44,144 bases of DNA, from positions 1-44,144 of the forward strand of contig CAZDPO010000001.1 of NCBI GenBank assembly GCA_964507595.1, in the 5' to 3' direction. Under the pieces are notes generated by a model that searched no databases, was not told the DNA's origin, and worked only from the letters and a program-made list of their open reading frames with translations. The stretch comes from Candidatus Woesearchaeota archaeon (GTDB lineage: Archaea; Nanobdellota; Nanobdellia; Pacearchaeales; GW2011-AR1). The translations under genes and the position numbers were made by a program. Positions 1-8,655 of this stretch are shown piece after piece. Numbering within the stretch: the first letter of the stretch is position 1; each line of letters starts with the position of its first letter.

Positions 1-47
1 CATTGTAATAATACAGGAACATTCTCAAATAAATTTCATGATATATT

Positions 48-335
48 TTAAAAAAGATCTTCAAAAGGGTCAAAAATATAAACTTCTTCTTTATCTAATC
101 TTTCTTGAGAAATACCTATCCTAGATCGATTGTTAATAACTGATTCGTATATAAGAAAATACTTCTTTTTAGAATAATTACCAATTTCAAGTCTACCTTC
201 AGCAATTCCCGCTTTTTCTTCATCAATAGGGAAAAATTTATTTATATTGTATAAAGAAACTGTAAAAATATCCCTATGAACAAAATATAATTTACTACGA
301 TCAGAGATTTCATCTAATTTTTTCAATCTTTTCAT
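48..335 (-). CDS. hypothetical protein (95 aa)
   Basis: ATG-initiated ORF with no recognisable motif. Its ATG overlaps (ATGA) the stop of a 22-codon upstream ORF at 332..400. Confidence 0.35.
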   Translation of the reverse strand: MKRLKKLDEISDRSKLYFVHRDIFTVSLYNINKFFPIDEEKAGIAEGRLEIGNYSKKKYFLIYESVINNRSRIGISQERLDKEEVYIFDPFEDLF

Positions 336-447
336 GTGTGAAAAATCTTCAGGATTTTTTTATCTTCGAAAACATTAAGAACAAAATCTTTTAAATCCAT
401 ACAAATAAAATAAAATTAATCTTTATAATCTTTTATATTCCATAATA

Positions 448-2832
448 CTACTCAATCCTAAATCTTAAAATAGCTCCAATTCCAGATAAATTCTTAAATT
501 GTTCACCCTCTTCTGTTTCAAGAGAAACTAATTCAATTGTAGAACCAATATTTATAGCCATTGTTTTTAATTCTTTCATAACTGCCTTATCTGTATCTTT
601 TGATAAAATCAATAAATCAACAGCTCCTCTTCCTAAAGCTTTTTTTACATTTTCTAATCTATAAGGTGCTAATTCAGGTGTTTTTCCGAGAGTATTAAAA
701 AACTTTTCTAATAATTGTTTTTCTGCAATTATTTCTTGACCTGCTAAAAGATCTTGAGCTTTATCCACAAGTTCATGTAAACCAGATTCATCTGTATCTC
801 CAATATCTACTCTCCCTAAAACTTTTTTTCTCAATGGAGTTGCCAAATATTCATTATCTAAAAATTCATCTTTTGTTGGAACAGGTCCGCCAACAAGAAT
901 TGCTTTAAGTTTTACTTCTTCATAAAAAGCTTTTTTCATTTCTTCTGCAATTCTTTTATAGAATTCCTTTGTCAAACCTTCTGTAATTCTATGGAAACGT
1001 TGACTTGAATTATGAACAATTAAACCATTTGCAATAAAATTATGATTTTTCGTTTCTATATCGATAGTGTTTACTAAACCTATTTCTTGTTTTTTTAAAA
1101 TTTTTACTGCAATTAAATTAGAATTATAAAAAAATGTTAATCTTTTTATTAAATCTTGTTCCTTAAGTTTATCTAAAATCTTCTTCCTAAATAATTCCTT
1201 ACTTAGTTGCCTTTTATTGACAAAAAATAATGGACAACCAAACTTCCTCAAAGAATAACCAGAATTTTTCAATATTTTAGCAACTTCTCTTCCATTAACT
1301 ACCAATTGTCTAACCTTATTCTTAGTACTTCTAGATTTTATTAAATTTACAACTTTTTCTTGTTTTTCTATTAAAGAAAATCCTAAATTATCTCTAAATC
1401 TTTTCAAAGATTCCAAATCATCTATTGCCAAAGTATACCTTATATTGTTTGAGTATGGGTTTTTCTCATTATCATATTTGCTAACAGAAGAAACAATTCC
1501 TAATCTCAGCAGGGCAAACTGTAACTGCCTAGATAAAATTTCATTATTTATTCCTAACGCAACCCTTCCTTTTGAAACATAACCTTCTGCATCAAAAAAA
1601 CCTGCAATAAAACTTGCTAAAGATTCATTAGAAGATCTTAAAACAATTGACGGCATTCTTTCATCCAAAGTTTTATTTTTTTCAGAAAATATCTTTAAAA
1701 AGAATTGTGAAATAATTCTACTATAAACCCTCAACTGCCAATAATTTTTAGATTCTCGAAATCTTAAATCAGAATCAATCCCAAAAACCTCTTTAATTAA
1801 ATTTTGATAAAATAATAAAAATTCTTTTTTATAGTCAAAAAAAGTTATTCTATCAAGTTCATAACTCCCATCTCCAAGATAATATCCTAATATTCTAGAA
1901 AAAGAAGGATTAACTTTCTCAGGCAAATTAACCTTTTTCATATTAAAATGTTGTTTTATTTCTGGTGTAAACTCTAAAGGTTGATCTTGTAATTCTAAAT
2001 CTATTTTTTCTGGCATTATTAAATAATCCCCTTCATTAATCTCTTTTAAGGTCTTTTCTTCAATCCCTTTTTCAGTTCTAACAAAAAAAGTATGATCTTC
2101 TGATGCTTTTATCTCAAACTTAGGATAACAAGTAATAACCTCAAAAAGCTTCTTTTTATTTTCCCATTTAGCAATTACTGGAGTTTTTTCAGAAATCTCT
2201 GAATTAAAATTTTCAGACATAACAAACAAAGGATTATGAGAATCTTTTATTTCAATAATTTCCCCATTATCTTTCATTATTAAAGTATCTGGACTTAAAC
2301 ATTGTCCTCCAGCTCTTACTTTTGAAGGTATTCCAGAACTCATCTTTTGAATAACTTCAATTCTTTTACCAACTAATTTTCCAACAGTAGCTTCTTTTCT
2401 ATCCATAACTAATAAACCATATATTTCATCAACATCAGCCATTTCTTCTAAAGGTTCTAAAACAAATTCTTTATCACACCTATATAATCTAACACAAACA
2501 GGTTCTGGAGGTTCAATACTCCATAATCTTAAATCATCTTGACCTTCAACTTGAGATATATTTCCTGAAAAAATAGCCAAACCATTTTCAGGTGTTTTTT
2601 TAAATTCTTTAAGATGTCTAACTATCTTCTCTAAAGCTTCTGTAACATTTTTACGAGTAGAAGTTGATTTAATATTTTTAGCAGTTGACTTTTCCCCTTC
2701 AAGTTGTCTTTGAACAGCATTTACATCATATCCTGCTGGAACATAAACAGTAATTAATTCTGTCTGTCTTCCTTTATAGATTTTAAGTTCTGCAATTACT
2801 TCTTCGAGTTCATTTTTATCTATTATTGGCAT
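448..2832 (-). CDS. prf1: peptide chain release factor aRF1, interrupted by an intein (794 aa precursor, about 363 aa after splicing)
   Basis: The N-terminal domain carries NIKS ([10 protein letters not shown]). The middle domain has ...SKVRAGGQ, then the intein, then [10 protein letters not shown], which rebuilds the GGQSxxRF motif. The C-terminal domain is typical of aRF1/eRF1. A TATA-like TTTTATAAA lies 21 nt upstream of the ATG. Confidence 0.9.
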   Translation of the reverse strand: MPIIDKNELEEVIAELKIYKGRQTELITVYVPAGYDVNAVQRQLEGEKSTAKNIKSTSTRKNVTEALEKIVRHLKEFKKTPENGLAIFSGNISQVEGQDDLRLWSIEPPEPVCVRLYRCDKEFVLEPLEEMADVDEIYGLLVMDRKEATVGKLVGKRIEVIQKMSSGIPSKVRAGGQCLSPDTLIMKDNGEIIEIKDSHNPLFVMSENFNSEISEKTPVIAKWENKKKLFEVITCYPKFEIKASEDHTFFVRTEKGIEEKTLKEINEGDYLIMPEKIDLELQDQPLEFTPEIKQHFNMKKVNLPEKVNPSFSRILGYYLGDGSYELDRITFFDYKKEFLLFYQNLIKEVFGIDSDLRFRESKNYWQLRVYSRIISQFFLKIFSEKNKTLDERMPSIVLRSSNESLASFIAGFFDAEGYVSKGRVALGINNEILSRQLQFALLRLGIVSSVSKYDNEKNPYSNNIRYTLAIDDLESLKRFRDNLGFSLIEKQEKVVNLIKSRSTKNKVRQLVVNGREVAKILKNSGYSLRKFGCPLFFVNKRQLSKELFRKKILDKLKEQDLIKRLTFFYNSNLIAVKILKKQEIGLVNTIDIETKNHNFIANGLIVHNSSQRFHRITEGLTKEFYKRIAEEMKKAFYEEVKLKAILVGGPVPTKDEFLDNEYLATPLRKKVLGRVDIGDTDESGLHELVDKAQDLLAGQEIIAEKQLLEKFFNTLGKTPELAPYRLENVKKALGRGAVDLLILSKDTDKAVMKELKTMAINIGSTIELVSLETEEGEQFKNLSGIGAILRFRIE
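1009..2301 (-). mobile_element. intein with LAGLIDADG homing-endonuclease domain inside aRF1 (431 aa)
   Basis: It starts with Cys ([11 protein letters not shown]) and ends with VHN followed by Ser (IVHN/SSQRF). A block-B-like SEDHTFF is present, along with two LAGLIDADG motifs ([22 protein letters not shown]). Confidence 0.85.
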
Positions 2833-2916
2833 ATTTTGAAAAAGGGGGGGAAGTTTATAAAATTAGTTAATTAAAAAAGAAAAAGGGAAAACCTAGAATT
2901 ATTATAAAGATTTTCC

Positions 2917-3483
2917 CTAACAAGCAAATAATCCTGCACCTGAATGTGAAACCCCTTCAAAAGGTTTAGTTCTCTTAATCTTACCTATATTTATTCTTCC
3001 ATTATCTAAAGATATCTTTTTTGAGAAAATATTTTTAAATTTTCCCAAATCTCTTAAAATATCTTTTTCAGAAAGATTAACCAAATAAGAAGTTTCAACC
3101 TCATTGAGAGATCTCTCTTCTAACCCTTTATGGAAATGATTATAAAAATCTTCAATATTATTGCTTAACCACGTATTAAATTGAGTTCCAAAACTTTTAT
3201 TAATATACTGAAGAACACTAAAACATTTATAATCCAAATCACTTTCATATGTTCTACCAGCATTTATTCGTTTGCAGGATTCGGCAAGTGAATTTTCCCT
3301 CAACACGGGTCTTGAAAATCTACAATTTTCATAAACTCTTTCAGCCAATTCCTGATCGTGCTCTAAAATCTTTCTTTCTTCTTCTACAAAATTTTGTGCG
3401 CTTTTTTGATTTACATAAGATTGTCTAACTAAATCTCTTTTCGCTTCCACATATTTTTCAAAGGCTTCTTGTGTATTTGTCAT
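2917..3483 (-). CDS. hypothetical protein (188 aa), C-terminus ...SHSGAGLFAC
   Basis: ORF with GGAGAAAAATAAGATG upstream. A perfect palindrome lies upstream at 3517..3535. No known domain recognised. Confidence 0.5.
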   Translation of the reverse strand: MTNTQEAFEKYVEAKRDLVRQSYVNQKSAQNFVEEERKILEHDQELAERVYENCRFSRPVLRENSLAESCKRINAGRTYESDLDYKCFSVLQYINKSFGTQFNTWLSNNIEDFYNHFHKGLEERSLNEVETSYLVNLSEKDILRDLGKFKNIFSKKISLDNGRINIGKIKRTKPFEGVSHSGAGLFAC

Positions 3484-3516
3484 CTTATTTTTCTCCTTGA
3501 TTTAATTTATAAAAAC

Positions 3517-3535
3517 AGAACTTGAAGCAAGTTCT
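3517..3535. promoter_or_regulatory. perfect inverted repeat AGAACTTG-AAG-CAAGTTCT next to an AT-rich TATA-like stretch, upstream of 2917..3483
   Basis: Arms of 8 bp and a 3-nt centre, read directly. On the minus strand it is followed by GTTTTTATAAATTAAAT, then GGAGAAAAA, then ATG. Confidence 0.5.
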
Positions 3536-3641
3536 TTTTTGTTCTCATATAGTAGTAACATATTAAGTTTATATAAAAGATTTTATAGATTTTTACTCCA
3601 AAACGCAACATTTATATAATATTATTGTATTTTATTGTAAA

Positions 3642-4580
3642 ATGTTAGATTTAAAAGATAAAAAGATTTTATATCATCTGGATTTAAATTCTAGAAAACC
3701 AATAAATCAAATAGCAAAAAATATTGGACTTAGTAAAGACCTTACAAATTATAGATTAAAGAAATTAGAAAAAGAAGAATATGTCTTAGGATATCAAACA
3801 ATTATTGATTTTAAAAAATTAGGATATTTGACTATCAGAACAAGAATAACATTAATAGACACAACTCCTCAAAAAGAAAAAGAAATTATTGATTTTTTAA
3901 TTAAACAAAAGAAAGTATTCTTTATATTGGAATTAGAAGGAACAGAATTAACTTTTGGATTAATGGTAAAAGAAATAGAAGAACTCCATGAATTCTACAA
4001 GGAATTTGAAACAAAATTCAAAAAGTTTCTTTCTGAAAAGAAATTTGCAATATATTCTAATTTATATCATTTTAATAGAAATTATCTAGGAAATTTTAAA
4101 GAAAAAAACACCCTCAAATTAGGATTTTCAAAAAAAGAAAAAGTAGACGAATTAGATCTAAAAATATTAAAAATACTATCTAAAAATGCAAGAACTCCCA
4201 CCATAGAAATTGCTATTAGTTTAAAAGTTCCTGCAACAACAGTTGCACATAGAATTAAACAATTAGAAAATAAAAAAATAATTGTTGGATATAGTATCTT
4301 ATTTAATTTTTATAAATGGAATTATAATTATTTTAAGGTAAATTTAGAATTAAAAGAAATCTCAAACATTCAAAAAATAATAGATTATTGTGAATCAAAT
4401 AAAAATATAATATATGCTATGCAAACTTTGGGGGGAAATGATTTAGAAATATACTTTGAATCAGCACAAGAGGATCTAATAAAAACAATGAATGAATTAA
4501 GAACACTATTTCCAGAAATTAGAAAATGGAATTATGATATTTTAAAAAAATACCATAAATTTAATTACCTTATAGATTAA
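3642..4580 (+). CDS. tandem-duplicated Lrp/AsnC-family transcriptional regulator (312 aa, two HTH plus ligand-domain modules)
   Basis: Two repeats of the AsnC-type HTH signature: LDLKDKKILYHLDLNSRKPINQIAKNIGLSKDLTNYRLKKLEKEEYV and LDLKILKILSKNARTPTIEIAISLKVPATTVAHRIKQLENKKIIVGY. TATA TTTATATA sits about 25 nt upstream. Confidence 0.75.
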   Translation: MLDLKDKKILYHLDLNSRKPINQIAKNIGLSKDLTNYRLKKLEKEEYVLGYQTIIDFKKLGYLTIRTRITLIDTTPQKEKEIIDFLIKQKKVFFILELEGTELTFGLMVKEIEELHEFYKEFETKFKKFLSEKKFAIYSNLYHFNRNYLGNFKEKNTLKLGFSKKEKVDELDLKILKILSKNARTPTIEIAISLKVPATTVAHRIKQLENKKIIVGYSILFNFYKWNYNYFKVNLELKEISNIQKIIDYCESNKNIIYAMQTLGGNDLEIYFESAQEDLIKTMNELRTLFPEIRKWNYDILKKYHKFNYLID

Positions 4581-6903
4581 ACTCAACCTCAAAACCACTA
4601 CCTTCTTTTATATCTTTAGCATTTGTAACATTTTTTAAATCATCCAGCATATCTTTTATATCTTTATACTGAATTGGACTTAGTGTAATCATACATTCAG
4701 CATTCATTGGTTTTTGTGCTTTTGTTTTTTCAGTTCTAACTTCTGATAAAGTACTAAAAAACAATTCTAAATTATCACTATATACTCCAAAAGAATTAGG
4801 TTTTGGAAATTCTGTTAAATGAATTGATTTAGTTTTTTCAAATTTCTTAAAATGTTCTTGATAAATTTCCTCTGTTATAAATGGCATAATTGGTGCAAAT
4901 AATTTCAGAAGAATTAGCAAACTTTGATAGAGCGTATATTGAGCAGATTTCCTTTTATCTCCTGTTCCCGTATAAACTCTTTTTTTAACAATCTCTAAAT
5001 AATTATCACAAAAATCTTTCCAAAAAAAGTTTTCTAAATTTAATTTAGCAAAAGAATAATTATATTTTTCAAATTGTTTCATATAGTCTCCAACAAGAGA
5101 ATTAAGTTCTTTTAGAAAAAGATCATCTACTACTTCTAATTTCTTAGGTTTTTTACCATCAAAATCTTTTAAATTCATAAATACAAAATTAGAAGCATTA
5201 AGAAGTTTGTTTATTGTTCTTTGGCCTGCAACCAAATCTTTTTCTTGATAATTTAAATCTTCACCTAACTTAGAACCTGCAGCCCAAAATCTTAAAGCAT
5301 CTGACCCAAATTTTTCCATTACTTCTTGAGGATCAATAACATTTCCTTTTGACTTACTCATTTTTTCTCCACCAAGTCTAACAAAACCAGAAATCATAAC
5401 ATTTTCCCAAGGAATTTTATTTTCATGCAAATAAGATTTAACAATAGTATAAAATGCCCAAGTTCTAATGATATCATGTGCTTGAGGTCTTAAAGAATAT
5501 GGTATCTTAATATTATTTCCAACTAAATTAGATGCTATCTGAGGTGTTAAAGAAGAAGTTGCCCAAGTATCTAAAACTTTTTCTTCTGGCATTGCTATTT
5601 TTCCACACTTACTACACTTTTTTTTAATTTGAATAGGATCAATAGGAAGTTCTTTTTCATCAGGCAATATAATCTCTCCACATTCACATTTCCAAACAGG
5701 AATAGGTATTCCAAAATGTCTATCTCTAGATATATTCCAATCCCATTCTAAACCTTGAACCCAATTAATATATCTTTTTTGCATATATTCTGGATACCAT
5801 TTAATTTTCTTTCCTAAATCAATTAATTTCTTTTTCTTATCTAAAACTTTAATGAACCATTGTTTTGTTGAAACAAATTCTATAGGTGTGCCACATTTAT
5901 CATGACAATTCACCGCATGGACTATTTGTTTTTGTTCTTTAATTAAATTTTTTGATTTTAAATCTTCTAATATCTTTTCTCTAGCTTGTTTAACCTTTAA
6001 TCCAGAATAATTTTTTAAAATTAGAATTCCTTTTTCATCAAATATTATTTTTGGAATTAATTTATGTTTATAGATGGCATCAACATCATATTTATCTCCA
6101 TATGAACAAACCATCATTGCACCTGTTCCTTTATCAATACTTGCAGATTCATCTCCAATAATTGGAACTTCATGCTCAAATAAAGGAACCTTCGCTTTTT
6201 TTCCAATAAAAGAATTATATCTTTTATCTTTTGGATTTACAAATATCCCCACACAAGCACCTAAAAGTTCTGGTCTTGTTGTTGCAATAAGCAAATCTTT
6301 TTCATCACATGAAAATTTTATTGTTGAAAATAAACTTGGAAATTCCTTATCTTCTAATTCTGCCTGTGCAATTGAAGTTTGGCATTCAGGACACCAAAGA
6401 CTTGGAAATTCTTTTTCATATATCTCTTTTTTCTTAAAAAGTTCAATAAAAGATTTTTGAGATAATTTTTGAGAATGTTTATCTATTGTTGAATAAGAAA
6501 TATCAAAATCGCAAGACATTCCAAGATTTTTCCAATCCAAAATAAACTGGGGAGTTATTTTCTTCAAAGTCTTTAAACACAATGAAATAAAATCTGCTCT
6601 AGACATTTTCTTACTTTTAACATTGTTTATCTTTTCAACAAGTCTCTCTGTAGGCAACCCATTATCATCTGTTCCAAATGGGAAAAAAATATTTTCACCA
6701 AACATTCTTCTGAATCTTACTATAAAATCTTCTTGAGCATAATGAAAGGCATGCCCTATATGCATTGCTCCTGAAACTGTTGGAGGATCTGTATCTACAG
6801 AATACAATTTCTTCTTATTTTTAACATCAAATTTATAGATTTTCTCCTTTTCCCAATATTTCTTCCATTTTTCTTCTATAGCTTTAATGTCTATTTGTGG
6901 CAT
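4570..6903 (-). CDS. valS: valyl-tRNA synthetase
   Basis: Class I HIGH (PPTVSGAMHIGHA) and KMSKS (KMSKSKGNVI) motifs, plus the ValRS-like ATTRPELLGA editing-domain motif. The ORF-track start at 6918 is GTG. The ATG at 6903 (MPQIDIK) has TTTTTAAAAG 20 nt upstream. ValRS rather than Ile/LeuRS is judged from size and motifs only. Confidence 0.8.
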   Translation of the reverse strand: MPQIDIKAIEEKWKKYWEKEKIYKFDVKNKKKLYSVDTDPPTVSGAMHIGHAFHYAQEDFIVRFRRMFGENIFFPFGTDDNGLPTERLVEKINNVKSKKMSRADFISLCLKTLKKITPQFILDWKNLGMSCDFDISYSTIDKHSQKLSQKSFIELFKKKEIYEKEFPSLWCPECQTSIAQAELEDKEFPSLFSTIKFSCDEKDLLIATTRPELLGACVGIFVNPKDKRYNSFIGKKAKVPLFEHEVPIIGDESASIDKGTGAMMVCSYGDKYDVDAIYKHKLIPKIIFDEKGILILKNYSGLKVKQAREKILEDLKSKNLIKEQKQIVHAVNCHDKCGTPIEFVSTKQWFIKVLDKKKKLIDLGKKIKWYPEYMQKRYINWVQGLEWDWNISRDRHFGIPIPVWKCECGEIILPDEKELPIDPIQIKKKCSKCGKIAMPEEKVLDTWATSSLTPQIASNLVGNNIKIPYSLRPQAHDIIRTWAFYTIVKSYLHENKIPWENVMISGFVRLGGEKMSKSKGNVIDPQEVMEKFGSDALRFWAAGSKLGEDLNYQEKDLVAGQRTINKLLNASNFVFMNLKDFDGKKPKKLEVVDDLFLKELNSLVGDYMKQFEKYNYSFAKLNLENFFWKDFCDNYLEIVKKRVYTGTGDKRKSAQYTLYQSLLILLKLFAPIMPFITEEIYQEHFKKFEKTKSIHLTEFPKPNSFGVYSDNLELFFSTLSEVRTEKTKAQKPMNAECMITLSPIQYKDIKDMLDDLKNVTNAKDIKEGSGFEVEFNL

Positions 6904-6957
6904 AAAACAATAACTCACAACAACTTTTAAAAACTATTCCTTATTCAAAATATTATA

Positions 6958-7116
6958 ATGGCAAAAGACAATAGAATATCAACTCCTGCAGGATTTGGAG
7001 GATTAATGAGATATGGGGAAGAGTATACTAGTTATATAAATCTAAAACCAACCCACGTTGTATTATTCATAATTTTAATAATCCTAATAAGAATTGGTTT
7101 AGGAATTTTCTTATAA
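6958..7116 (+). CDS. secG: preprotein translocase subunit Sec61-beta (archaeal SecG), 52 aa, not in the ORF track
   Basis: Translation is MAKDNRISTPAGFGGLMRYGEEYTSYINLKPTHVVLFIILIILIRIGLGIFL. The AG(L/F)xRYxxE motif, KPxHV and a C-terminal TM anchor match archaeal Sec61-beta. Confidence 0.8.
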   Translation: MAKDNRISTPAGFGGLMRYGEEYTSYINLKPTHVVLFIILIILIRIGLGIFL

Positions 7117-7117
7117 A

Positions 7118-7447
7118 ATGTTTAGCGGAATAAACCCCAAAAAAATGCAAGCCATGATGAAACAAATGGGAATGGCGCAAGAAGAAATAGATGCTTCAAG
7201 AGTAATTATTGAAAAAAATGATGGAACAAAAACAATTATTGAAAATCCTTCTGTATCTAAAATAAATTTTCAAGGACAATCAACATTTCAAGTTGTGGGT
7301 GAAGAATTAGAAGAATCTGAAGAAGTTGGAGTCTCAGAAGAAGACATAAAAGCAGTTATGGAAAAAACAAATTGTTCTGAAGATCAAGCTAAAGAAGCTT
7401 TAGAAGAAACAGGTGATTTAGCAGAAACAATTTTGAAATTAAGTTGA
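7118..7447 (+). CDS. nac: nascent polypeptide-associated complex protein (NAC domain plus C-terminal UBA)
   Basis: KKMQAMMKQMGM...RVIIEK...IENPSVSKINFQGQSTFQV, and the UBA-like EDIKAVMEKTNCSEDQAKEALEETGDLAETI. Confidence 0.85.
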   Translation: MFSGINPKKMQAMMKQMGMAQEEIDASRVIIEKNDGTKTIIENPSVSKINFQGQSTFQVVGEELEESEEVGVSEEDIKAVMEKTNCSEDQAKEALEETGDLAETILKLS

Positions 7448-7450
7448 AAA

Positions 7451-7651
7451 ATGGAAACATTATATCAAAAAGTAGAAAGAGAAATGGCCCAACAAGGAAG
7501 AGTAAGAACTGCAATAGAAACACATGATGAAAAATATTGTCAAGCAATAGAACAAACAACAAACGAATCTAATAGGAAATCAAATGCCTCAGCATATTAT
7601 GCTAATTTAAGTGAATCTGGAAGATTATCTTTTCTTAAAAATATGCAATAA
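7451..7651 (+). CDS. hypothetical protein (66 aa)
   Basis: ORF packed 3 nt after nac. No motif recognised. Confidence 0.3.
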   Translation: METLYQKVEREMAQQGRVRTAIETHDEKYCQAIEQTTNESNRKSNASAYYANLSESGRLSFLKNMQ

Positions 7652-7698
7652 TTCTCAATCACCAACATTTATTTTAATATCAAACTCTTCTAATTTTA

Positions 7699-8157
7699 AT
7701 GGAATTTTATATATCAAATCTACAAAAAGCAGAAGAAAATATGAGTAAAATTGACAATTTAATTGTTCTTGCTCAAATTTCAAAAAATAAAAGACTTATG
7801 TTAATAGCTCTAGAAGAAATTGAAAAAACAATAAAAAATTGTATAAGTTCAATTTTGCATTATGAATATACTCTTAAACGTGCAAAACTATCAAAAGACC
7901 CTCAAATAAATTTCAAAACCTTTGAAGAAAAAGCATCTAAAAATTATATTACAAAAGAAGAACTTAATATCATTAAAGAAATTTTAAATCTAGCAAAAAA
8001 CCATAGAAAAAGCCCAATGGAATTTTTAAGAAACGAAGAATTAATCATTTTATCTGAAAATCAAGTAATTTTAAAACTCTCTATGCAAAAATTAACTGGT
8101 TTTTTAAGTTTAGCAAAAAAATTACTTAAGGGGATTAAAGTCAAAATAAAAAGATAA
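7699..8157 (+). CDS. hypothetical helical protein (152 aa), paralog of 8206..8646
   Basis: Similar length to its neighbour and a shared C-terminal block: SPMEFLRNEELIILSENQVILKLSMQKLTGFLSLAKKLL versus RIGEFRKNVSLKISYKGELVEVNLEKLKQYAEMLEKFI. Confidence 0.45.
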   Translation: MEFYISNLQKAEENMSKIDNLIVLAQISKNKRLMLIALEEIEKTIKNCISSILHYEYTLKRAKLSKDPQINFKTFEEKASKNYITKEELNIIKEILNLAKNHRKSPMEFLRNEELIILSENQVILKLSMQKLTGFLSLAKKLLKGIKVKIKR

Positions 8158-8205
8158 GTATAAAAACCACTTAACCTTTATAACTTACGCTCAATTTTTT
8201 GGAAA

Positions 8206-8646
8206 ATGGAAGATATTATCAAAGAAAAAATAAGTGCAGACCATCTACTTTATGTAAGTTTAAAATACACAAAAACATGCGATGTTATTTTTAATTTGCT
8301 ATTAAGGTGGAGGAAAATGATAGATACCAGCATAGATGCTCTTTTAAGACATGCGAAAATTAAAAAAAAGTTAAAAGAAATCCCAGAAAACAATGTTCAA
8401 AAAATTGAAGAAGTAAAAAATCTATTTAAACGAGATAAAAATTTTAAGGAGGTTTTAGAATTCTATGAAATGTTAAGGAAAATAGAAAGTTTGCGAACAG
8501 AAAGAATTGGAGAATTTAGAAAAAATGTTTCTTTAAAAATTTCATATAAGGGCGAATTAGTGGAAGTTAATCTAGAAAAACTAAAACAATATGCAGAAAT
8601 GCTAGAAAAGTTTATAAGCACCACAAAACAATTTCTCTTATCTTAA
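8206..8646 (+). CDS. hypothetical helical protein (146 aa), paralog of 7699..8157
   Basis: See 7699..8157. It lies immediately upstream of minD with a 9-nt gap. Confidence 0.45.
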   Translation: MEDIIKEKISADHLLYVSLKYTKTCDVIFNLLLRWRKMIDTSIDALLRHAKIKKKLKEIPENNVQKIEEVKNLFKRDKNFKEVLEFYEMLRKIESLRTERIGEFRKNVSLKISYKGELVEVNLEKLKQYAEMLEKFISTTKQFLLS

Positions 8647-8655
8647 GGTCAAAAA

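Noticed and set aside
6074-6460. 128-aa ORF on the plus strand inside valS
   Set aside because: It is antisense to a strongly supported synthetase gene and has Ser/Ile-rich composition with no motif. It is a typical shadow ORF.
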